DNA of 64,000 nucleotides from Candidatus Berkelbacteria bacterium RIFCSPLOWO2_01_FULL_50_28 (lineage in GTDB: Bacteria; Patescibacteriota; UBA1384; 2-12-FULL-50-11), in NCBI GenBank assembly GCA_001774395.1, contig MEZX01000002.1, forward strand, positions 302,101 through 366,100, given 5' to 3'. Below the pieces are notes generated by a model that ran no database searches, had not been told where the DNA came from, and worked only from the letters and a program-made list of their open reading frames with translations. Shown one piece after another: positions 41,175-47,892 of the stretch (position 1 is its first letter; each line of letters begins with the position of its first letter). Position numbers and translations under genes: made by a program.

Positions 41175-41837
41175 TCATTTCTTTACACGCCCGGTACCTT
41201 TTGTACCGGGCATTGTTATATTCTTAATCTCAATAGCTAGGCGTCTGACGATTACTTTATTGGAGAGAAAAGAGAATTTTGATAAGACCTTTTGCTTGAA
41301 ATGGTCATCGAGATCGAAAAGCAAACTACTTTGAGATTTTAGAGCGATTGTTAAGGGTAAGCGCGAGCTAAGCGAAACTAGATGAACCTTCTTGTTGAAT
41401 CTCTGAGCGGTCTCGATAGCGTAGAGTAAGTCAGCGTCACCGGTGATAATTAATGCTTCGTCGTAACTATCAGTAGCCGCACCTACTGCCATATCAATCG
41501 CGAGGTGCACATCAACGCCCTTCTCTTTGCCTGTGGTCTTGGAGAAGTGTCCTTGGTAAAAAATGGTTTTGTGGTTTTTCTTGACGCTGTCGAAAAACTT
41601 CCTTTGGGTTAGCGCTAAGGTTCGCTTGGCCTTGGAATCAGTTGAGAGGTGACGCATATAGGTTCCGTAAAAGTAAATTTTCTCTAGTGAAAAATCTTGC
41701 TCCAATTGCCCGACAAAGTCAGAAAAGTTAAAGTATTGACCAGAATTCAACATCTCGGCCATCCCACCGAAAAGATTGGAGCCGTCAACGAAGGCGACGA
41801 CTCGCCCGCTATCTGATTTAGCTTTGGCACCAGCCAT
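41175..41837 (-). CDS. NYN/LabA-like (PIN-like) domain protein
   Basis: VAFVDGSNLFGG, GVDVHLAIDM and ITGDADL motifs typical of the NYN (DUF88) domain. Confidence 0.7.
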   Translation of the reverse strand: MAGAKAKSDSGRVVAFVDGSNLFGGMAEMLNSGQYFNFSDFVGQLEQDFSLEKIYFYGTYMRHLSTDSKAKRTLALTQRKFFDSVKKNHKTIFYQGHFSKTTGKEKGVDVHLAIDMAVGAATDSYDEALIITGDADLLYAIETAQRFNKKVHLVSLSSRLPLTIALKSQSSLLFDLDDHFKQKVLSKFSFLSNKVIVRRLAIEIKNITMPGTKGTGRVKK

Positions 41838-41844
41838 ACTCTAA

Positions 41845-41889
41845 AACTCCCCCTCTCCCCTGTAAGTGGATAAAAAGTAACCCTCCATG
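41845..41889 (-). promoter_or_regulatory. conserved 45-nt leader/promoter-proximal element, copy upstream of the NYN gene
   Basis: ACTCCCCCTCTCCCCTGTAAGTGGATA...AACCCTCCATGT (plus strand). Near-identical to 60990..61034. On the coding strand it gives a purine-rich GGGGAGAGGGGGAG tract just 5' of the ATG. Confidence 0.5.
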
Positions 41890-42038
41890 TGATTTCAATA
41901 TGAAATATTAACAGTTAAATGTCAAAGAGTACCGAACCTGGGGAAAATGGCAAAAATTAAGACTAAGAGTCAGAGATAATTTAATCTTATGTAAATAAAG
42001 TAACTTTTAGTTGAGGCACAGTAGATCAGCTCAAAGAG

Positions 42039-42410
42039 TCAACGACGGTTTTTGAGAGTAAGAACGCTTGCACCAAGGATATTTGCAATTTCTTTGAGTT
42101 CAATTGCTAAAGATGCGATTTGTTCCTTGTATTCCACGGTAGTTTGATCGATGATAATTAACCAGTAGTCTGTCTCGTTGGCTGACTTGAGGGCGATTTG
42201 AAAAAAGCGAAGATAATCCCGCCTTGAGCTTGAAGACTTTGCTTCGTGAACGTTGGCTCCTATCGAAGTAGCGCTCCGTAGTAGTTGGTCGGCAATCGAT
42301 CGAAGATATGGCTTCCGGTTAATCAACTCACATAACTTTACAGTTCTAACGGAAAAAGCAATCAATCTCTTATAAAACTGCTCTTTAAATTTTTGTTTAT
42401 CATTTTCCAT
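42039..42410 (-). CDS. four-helix-bundle protein (TIGR02436 / 23S rRNA intervening-sequence protein family, Avd-like)
   Basis: 123 aa with LLRSATSIGANVHEA...RRDYLRFFQIALKSANETDYWL, the hallmark motif of this family. Confidence 0.75.
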   Translation of the reverse strand: MENDKQKFKEQFYKRLIAFSVRTVKLCELINRKPYLRSIADQLLRSATSIGANVHEAKSSSSRRDYLRFFQIALKSANETDYWLIIIDQTTVEYKEQIASLAIELKEIANILGASVLTLKNRR

Positions 42411-42441
42411 TTTCGTATTTACATTTTAATTTTACCACTAG

Positions 42442-42468
42442 GTCGTCAAGAAAATTAACAGGTTCAAA
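42442..42468 (-). promoter_or_regulatory. shared upstream box TTTGAACCTGTTAA-N6-TTGACGAC (coding-strand view), copy before the four-helix-bundle gene
   Basis: Same box at 61062..61089 upstream of the 13-kb giant gene. Contains a -35-like TTGACG. Confidence 0.4.
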
Positions 42469-42516
42469 TCGCTTTGAGGTTTTACGAGATCCTACCGGAA
42501 GAAAACGATCAAGTGT

Positions 42517-43491
42517 CTAACCCATTCTCCGGATAGATCGGGGGGCTTTGGCGGCTCGGAGGAGTTTGGCGAATTTGCGTTTCTGACGCTTGCGGTAGAT
42601 GAATAAGAGGACAAACAGGATTAGTAGTGCGATGCAAAGAATAATTAGCCACATCGGGAAGACATAGAAAACTAACTCCGAGCTCAGCTGGTCGCCTTTT
42701 TCGCCGTAGAGGATATTTAGGGTGGCGACATAACGACCGATCTTCAACGGCTGATCGTAGGATTGAGTAATTAAACGATCGGCCTTCGGAAAAATGTTTT
42801 TCTGATCGAAATCGATGCTGGCGGTCTTACGGCCGAAGATGTTAGTCAGGGTGATAAAGCCTTTTGGTTTGATATGGACAGAACCGTTGTTGTGGATTCG
42901 GGAATTGAACGTGATAGGTGAGTGTTCAAAACGTATTTTATCGACTTTAAATTCTTTAACATAAGCCGAGTAGCTGATATCACCAGCCACAGCTACCAGA
43001 ATTAAGCTACCAACCTTTGTTCTCGTAACGGCACCCGTGCCGCTAACTTTGTCGTTGTTTGCTAAATAGGCCAGAATTGAGCCGTATTGACCGCCTGGTT
43101 CAGCGTTGACGGGGATAGTGATAACGAACTTAACGACTTGTGTCTGTAAGGGGGTTAGGGTGAACTTCGACGGCGTAATCTTCGTCCAGTTTTTTAGGAA
43201 ATAAATTGAGTCATCTTCCGCGACGATTTTAGCTTGTCCGAGTTCGTTGCCAACGAACGGCTGGATTCCCATCTGATATTTTTGGACAATCCCGCTGGTG
43301 TTAACAACTTTCATTGAGCTCTTTATGGTATCGCCGGGCTTGGCAGAGAGCTCAAAGAGCGGTGGAGAAATGGAAACTTTTGCTTGGTCTACAGTCGCTT
43401 CCTGAGCCCGGATATTGGCTGGCAAGACAGAAAAAACTAATACCAAGACCACCAGCGCTAAAATTCTCAATTTACAATTTACAATTTTCAT
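42517..43491 (-). CDS. DUF916/DUF3324-like cell-surface protein, copy A'
   Basis: Signal peptide MKIVNCKLRILALVVLVLVF. Block ITIPVNAEPGGQYGSILAYL. C-terminal TM plus tail RKRQKRK. The first 7 codons are the intergenic-type AAAATTGTAAATTGTAAATTG motif. Confidence 0.55.
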   Translation of the reverse strand: MKIVNCKLRILALVVLVLVFSVLPANIRAQEATVDQAKVSISPPLFELSAKPGDTIKSSMKVVNTSGIVQKYQMGIQPFVGNELGQAKIVAEDDSIYFLKNWTKITPSKFTLTPLQTQVVKFVITIPVNAEPGGQYGSILAYLANNDKVSGTGAVTRTKVGSLILVAVAGDISYSAYVKEFKVDKIRFEHSPITFNSRIHNNGSVHIKPKGFITLTNIFGRKTASIDFDQKNIFPKADRLITQSYDQPLKIGRYVATLNILYGEKGDQLSSELVFYVFPMWLIILCIALLILFVLLFIYRKRQKRKFAKLLRAAKAPRSIRRMG

Positions 43492-43886
43492 TAAATTTTC
43501 AATTTATCAATTTTCAGTGTACCCGTATTTTGGCGTAAGCTCGATGTTATTTTCTGAAAGATTAGGGTTAACTCCTGACATTCGCTGACGATGGGCTCAG
43601 GTGGTTCAGCCAATGATGGCAGTGCTGTCCTAAGCATTCGGAGCCAATGTCTAGTTTCTTGAGCCTCTTTTTTACAGATGAAGATCTTATTACTAAAGTC
43701 TTTGCGCGAGCTAGCAGCGTTGGCTTCAGAGTAGTTTGCCCCGATGCTGGTTGCAGAGCGAATCAGCTGATTAATAATAGGGCTACAAATAGAGTCCTGC
43801 TTAATCGTTCGGCACAAAATAATCACCGATTCGCCAAACTGCGCCGTTCTTTCCTCTAAATCATATTTGCTTGATGGTTGTGTCAT
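43491..43886 (-). CDS. four-helix-bundle protein (TIGR02436 family, Avd-like), second copy
   Basis: LIRSATSIGANYSEANAASSRKDF...AQETRHWL. Confidence 0.7.
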   Translation of the reverse strand: MTQPSSKYDLEERTAQFGESVIILCRTIKQDSICSPIINQLIRSATSIGANYSEANAASSRKDFSNKIFICKKEAQETRHWLRMLRTALPSLAEPPEPIVSECQELTLIFQKITSSLRQNTGTLKIDKLKI

Positions 43887-43994
43887 CCAATTGATAATTA
43901 GCTCATTGTAAATTTATTGTAAATTGCAAAATTGAGAACTGAAAATTATTACCCATTTTCAAACTATACACCCCAGTTGTCTCAACTCAACACG

Positions 43995-45182
43995 CTAAAA
44001 CGTTCCGGTCGTAATATAGTCGGCGGTACCAGTATAGGCACCAGCGGCCTGAGTAGCGTCAGCCGAAAGCCGCCAACCGGCATAGGCGACATCACTTGAG
44101 ACACCAACGATGCTCGACATAATAGTTGACGGAGCTTCAGATGCGCCTATATCGGCAACAAGCTCAAATTTTTGAGTGCCACCGCCGCATTGCTCGGCCG
44201 CCGTATCCCAGCCAGCGTTAGCTGTGGCTGCGGCATCCCCGGTGGTGTCGTCCATACAGACAGCATAACCGTTGTTAGTAGCTGTAGCCCAGGCATTTGG
44301 GGTTGTTAGGTTACATGCTCCGTCACAGGTACCAACCGCAAAAGCATTGGCGCCACTGTCTAAGCCCGCTACTGTGTAGACTGTTACTGTGTAACCGGTG
44401 CCAGCGTTGGTTACCACGGTCAGTTGTTGGCAGATATCGTAAAAAGCTTCTGTCGAGATTACTGCGTAGGGAATTGTTGTGGAGGTTGAAGTAATTTTTG
44501 TTCCGCCGGTAGTTGTACAAGAACCGGACGTAACAGCGGCAACAGCAAGAGTTAAAACCTCGTCAAGAGCGGCCGAAACGGCTATGGCCGCGGTTACGAC
44601 AATGATTGTGTCTTGGGAATCTTCGTCGGTGGAATCTACCGCTAGATTGTAAGTGGCGGCTGTTGAGTTAACAATTTGCGTATTACCGGTGCCACCGCTG
44701 GTGGCGTGCGTTCCGATTTCGATGACGATTACAACACCCGCCGCCTCACCTGCATAAGTCCCACAAGCAGTAAAAGTGAAAACATCTGCGGCCACAGTGG
44801 TAATCTCGATCGTGTCGCCAGCGCAAGCGTCGGACGAATCTACAATCGTCTCTTCAACAGCGTTAACGGTGATGTCGTAATCAAGCGCATCAGTACTGGC
44901 AAAGCCAGATGTGTCAAAGCCTGAAGCAAAGGTGAGAACGAGCGTATCGCCGGCGCTAAAATCACCGCCGGTGGCTTGGTCTAAGGTGATGGTGTGGTTT
45001 GCGGCAGTCGAAGGGCGAGAATCGGTAATGACATCCTTTAGGCTGTCTGGTCGGGCGGCAAAGGCTTTTGGCACAGAGAAGCCAGACAACACGATGGCGA
45101 CGATGGCCAAAAATATTAACCCCCGCTCAAGCTTTACCCTCTGCGAGGTGAACACCTGAACTGATTTTGCTAAATAATACAT
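43995..45182 (-). CDS. secreted ~395-aa protein with shared C-terminal domain (WxL-like?), copy B'
   Basis: Start set at the internal MYYLAKSVQ..., parallel to the MYYKA start of 11974..13146. Signal peptide ...KAFA/ARP. C-terminus AGWRLSADATQAAGAYTGTADYITTGTF. ATG is 4 nt after the upstream gene's stop. Confidence 0.55.
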   Translation of the reverse strand: MYYLAKSVQVFTSQRVKLERGLIFLAIVAIVLSGFSVPKAFAARPDSLKDVITDSRPSTAANHTITLDQATGGDFSAGDTLVLTFASGFDTSGFASTDALDYDITVNAVEETIVDSSDACAGDTIEITTVAADVFTFTACGTYAGEAAGVVIVIEIGTHATSGGTGNTQIVNSTAATYNLAVDSTDEDSQDTIIVVTAAIAVSAALDEVLTLAVAAVTSGSCTTTGGTKITSTSTTIPYAVISTEAFYDICQQLTVVTNAGTGYTVTVYTVAGLDSGANAFAVGTCDGACNLTTPNAWATATNNGYAVCMDDTTGDAAATANAGWDTAAEQCGGGTQKFELVADIGASEAPSTIMSSIVGVSSDVAYAGWRLSADATQAAGAYTGTADYITTGTF

Positions 45183-45186
45183 GTCT

Positions 45187-46350
45187 TTAGAATGTCCCCG
45201 TTGTAATATAGTCGGCAGTACCGGTGTAGGCACCAGCTGCCTGGGCACCGTCAGCCGATAATCTCCAGCCTATCTTGGAGATATCCGTTACCCCAACGGC
45301 ACTCTGCATAATCGTTGAGGGCGTTTGAGGACCAGATAGATCGGCAACTAGTTCGAACTGCTGAGTACCTCCGCCGCACTGCCCAGCCGCTGCCCAGTCG
45401 GCGTTAGCAGTTTCAGCAGCGTTTCCGGTCGTGTCGTCCATACAGATAGCGTACCCATTAAAGGTGGCAGTTCCCCACGGAGCAGGATCGGTTAAAGTAC
45501 AAGCGCCATCGCAGGAACCAACTGCAAATGGATTAGCACCAGCATCCAAACCAGTGACAGTGTAAACGGTGACTGTATAACCCGTACCGGCATTGGTAGC
45601 TACGGTCAGTTGTTGGCAGATATCGTAAAATGTTTCTGTGGATATTGTCCCGTAAGGAATTGTTGTTGCCGTACTCGCAGCGGGTTTCGTGCCACCGGTG
45701 GTTGTGCAGTTTGCATCCGCGGCCAGACCGGCCACTGTTAGGGTCAAAACTTCATCGATTGTGGCCGAAATTGCTACACCTGCTGTTAGAACCAAGACAG
45801 TATCCTGAGAGTCATCGCCGTAACTGCCGGCCACATTCAATTGAGAGGTGCCCGCTGTGGTGTTGACAATCCGGGTGGTCCCGCCAGCGGCGTTGGAACC
45901 GAACTTCATGGTGATGGCCGTACTGGCCGCCTCAGCGGTGTAGCCACTACAGGCCGTGAAAGTCACCACCTGGGAAGCAAGCACATACTCGACACTATCC
46001 GTTGCGGTACAAGAAGCTATTAGTGTTTCGCTAGTGGCGCCGTTCACAAAGTCAACATCAGTCAATGTTAAGGTCGTCAAGTTGTACCCAGCCGGGAAGG
46101 TAACAATTACAGTTTCACCAGCAATGAAAGTAGTGCTTCCAGAGAGATCGAGAACTATCTCGTGGTTAGACGCAGTCGAAGGGCGAGAGTCACTCAATGT
46201 ATCCTTCAAACTGGTTGGGCGAACGGCAAAAGCGGATTGAATCCCGAAGGGCTGGGCAATTATAGCAATTAAGCTTAACACCGCTAAAACAACGCGGTAG
46301 CGATTAGCTAATTGCTTAGTTTTAGGGGCTACAAGGTAACCACGAACCAT
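45187..46350 (-). CDS. secreted ~387-aa protein with shared C-terminal domain, copy B2
   Basis: Paralogous to B'; N-terminal SLKDTLSDSRPSTASNHEI, C-terminal IGWRLSADGAQAAGAYTGTADYITTGTF. Start ambiguous between GTG at 46395 and ATG at 46350; ATG preferred. Confidence 0.5.
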   Translation of the reverse strand: MVRGYLVAPKTKQLANRYRVVLAVLSLIAIIAQPFGIQSAFAVRPTSLKDTLSDSRPSTASNHEIVLDLSGSTTFIAGETVIVTFPAGYNLTTLTLTDVDFVNGATSETLIASCTATDSVEYVLASQVVTFTACSGYTAEAASTAITMKFGSNAAGGTTRIVNTTAGTSQLNVAGSYGDDSQDTVLVLTAGVAISATIDEVLTLTVAGLAADANCTTTGGTKPAASTATTIPYGTISTETFYDICQQLTVATNAGTGYTVTVYTVTGLDAGANPFAVGSCDGACTLTDPAPWGTATFNGYAICMDDTTGNAAETANADWAAAGQCGGGTQQFELVADLSGPQTPSTIMQSAVGVTDISKIGWRLSADGAQAAGAYTGTADYITTGTF

Positions 46351-46431
46351 TAGAGCGACCTGATTTAACAATGATTTTATTTTTCCCCCTCGCACATACT
46401 ATATATACATTGAAGCGTATCCAACAGATGT

Positions 46432-46444
46432 GTCAACCCCGCAC
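46432..46444 (-). promoter_or_regulatory. GTGCGGGGTTGAC motif copy (minus orientation), just downstream of the GIY-YIG gene and upstream of the B2 gene
   Basis: Plus strand reads GTCAACCCCGCAC. Contains a -35-like TTGACA. A TATATA lies 23 nt downstream on the coding strand. Confidence 0.4.
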
Positions 46445-46447
46445 TTT

Positions 46448-46705
46448 TCAACCGTCTTGAAGGCAATGCCCAATACGCTTTTTCAACCTTGCGTAAGACT
46501 GACCAAATTGTTTGAGCTTCTTCTCTCGATCGAGCGCATCTAGTCTCGAGGCATAACCTTCAAGGTAGACAATCTTCCACGGTCGGTAAGGTTTTGTCGC
46601 AACTGACTTACCTTCGTTGTGATCGAGTAGTCTTTTCCGCAAGTTGTTCGTCTGCCCGAAGTAAAGTCGCTGTTCTTTTCCGAGTAGTACATACACCCAA
46701 TGCAT
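46448..46705 (-). CDS. GIY-YIG nuclease-family small protein (YhbQ/UPF0213-like, ~85 aa)
   Basis: MHWVYVLLGKEQRLYFGQTNNLRKRLLDHNEG...RPWKIVYLEGYASRLDALDREKKLK. Start trimmed to the family-typical M-x-W-V-Y-V-L. Confidence 0.7.
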   Translation of the reverse strand: MHWVYVLLGKEQRLYFGQTNNLRKRLLDHNEGKSVATKPYRPWKIVYLEGYASRLDALDREKKLKQFGQSYARLKKRIGHCLQDG

Positions 46706-46738
46706 AAGTTGATTGTAGCAACTTGCGACGGTTGAATA

Positions 46739-46758
46739 GTGCGGGGTCAACCCCACAC
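46739..46758 (-). promoter_or_regulatory. GTGYGGGGTTGACCCCGCAC palindromic copy of the motif, upstream of the GIY-YIG gene
   Basis: Near-perfect inverted repeat GTGTGGGG-TTGA-CCCCGCAC in the coding-strand view. Confidence 0.4.
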
Positions 46759-46770
46759 TAATTTTTCCGA

Positions 46771-47721
46771 TCATCTGCTCATAGCTCGCAAAAGTTTAGC
46801 TCGACGCCGGCGGAAGTACACGGTTGAACCAACCGCCAGAATTGCCAATAGCAGGACTATAATAATGAAGGGCCAGGGGATGGAGACAAATCGAGAACTG
46901 GCCACTAAGATTTTTCCGTCTTGCTTAAGAGTGAATTTGGCGTCGTAGACCCCGGGCCAGATTGTGCCGGTATAGGCGCTGATATATTGCCTCGAAGACT
47001 CGGGCATTAGGACCGAGCTCGCTAACTGGGTGACCATCTTTTGCTCACCCCAGGTTGGCGTTAAAGTCAGATCGCCATCAGCGAAAAAGAAAAATCCGGT
47101 CGGGTTACTAATTTCGGCCAGGAACGGTACCGGTGTGCTAACAACTATTTTCGGTGTCTGGAACGAGCTGATGCTCAAGCTTTCAATGGTTGGCTTCGTG
47201 GTCGAATCGACCGAAAGCAAAAACGAGGTGCTTAATGCTGGAATAATTCGGGTATTGGCGTTTTCGTCAAAATAATTTGCTGGTAGGCGAGCCTGGAAAA
47301 TCAGGGCGGCGCTGTAACCACCCGGGACAGTACCCTTGGGCGCTAGGATGGTTACCTGAACTTCTTTACTGCCTTGGGCGTCCAAAATGAGGTCTGGACT
47401 GTCGAGCGTTAGCCATTCAACACCTGAGTGTGGCCTTGGCTCGGCCGTAAATTCGGGTGATCCGAGGTTGTTAATGCCACTAATACTAAATTTAGAAGCG
47501 GACAATGGGATTGGTTCCTTCCCAAGATTGGTAACTTTAATCTTCACGATCGTTTTCTCGCCTGGTTTAACGGTCTGCTGAACTAAGCCAGGGCTAATTG
47601 ACAGTGTCGGGCTAATGGCGCCTTGGCCTGACGCTGACAAGGTGAATGCAAATACCGACATTAAGATTGCCAGCGTTAGAATTTTCAATTTACAATTTAC
47701 AATTTTATCGCGTTCGCTCAT
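46771..47721 (-). CDS. DUF916/DUF3324-like cell-surface protein, copy A2
   Basis: Start set at MSERDKIVNCKLKILTLAILMSVFAFTLSASG (signal peptide). Upstream ORF extension is AT-rich repeat sequence. Block VTILAPKGTVPGGYSAALIF. C-terminal TM plus tail RRRRAK. Confidence 0.5.
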   Translation of the reverse strand: MSERDKIVNCKLKILTLAILMSVFAFTLSASGQGAISPTLSISPGLVQQTVKPGEKTIVKIKVTNLGKEPIPLSASKFSISGINNLGSPEFTAEPRPHSGVEWLTLDSPDLILDAQGSKEVQVTILAPKGTVPGGYSAALIFQARLPANYFDENANTRIIPALSTSFLLSVDSTTKPTIESLSISSFQTPKIVVSTPVPFLAEISNPTGFFFFADGDLTLTPTWGEQKMVTQLASSVLMPESSRQYISAYTGTIWPGVYDAKFTLKQDGKILVASSRFVSIPWPFIIIVLLLAILAVGSTVYFRRRRAKLLRAMSR

Positions 47722-47892
47722 TTTTCGTTCTGGCGAACTCAAAATCATTGAATTTTCAATCATCAAATTTTAATTTATCGGTTTTACCACATTCTGTCAT
47801 TTGAAATTCAATCGAAATTTGAAATTCGCCTCTCGACTCCGCTCGAGGCGACCTGAGCACCGTCGAATGGTCGAAATTTGAAATTACTTTTC

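Noticed and set aside
41186-41212. Strong GC hairpin GCCCGGTAC-N5-GTACCGGGC as a terminator
   Set aside because: It lies inside the last codons of the NYN gene (encoding PGTKGTGR) and has no U-rich tail on the transcribed strand.
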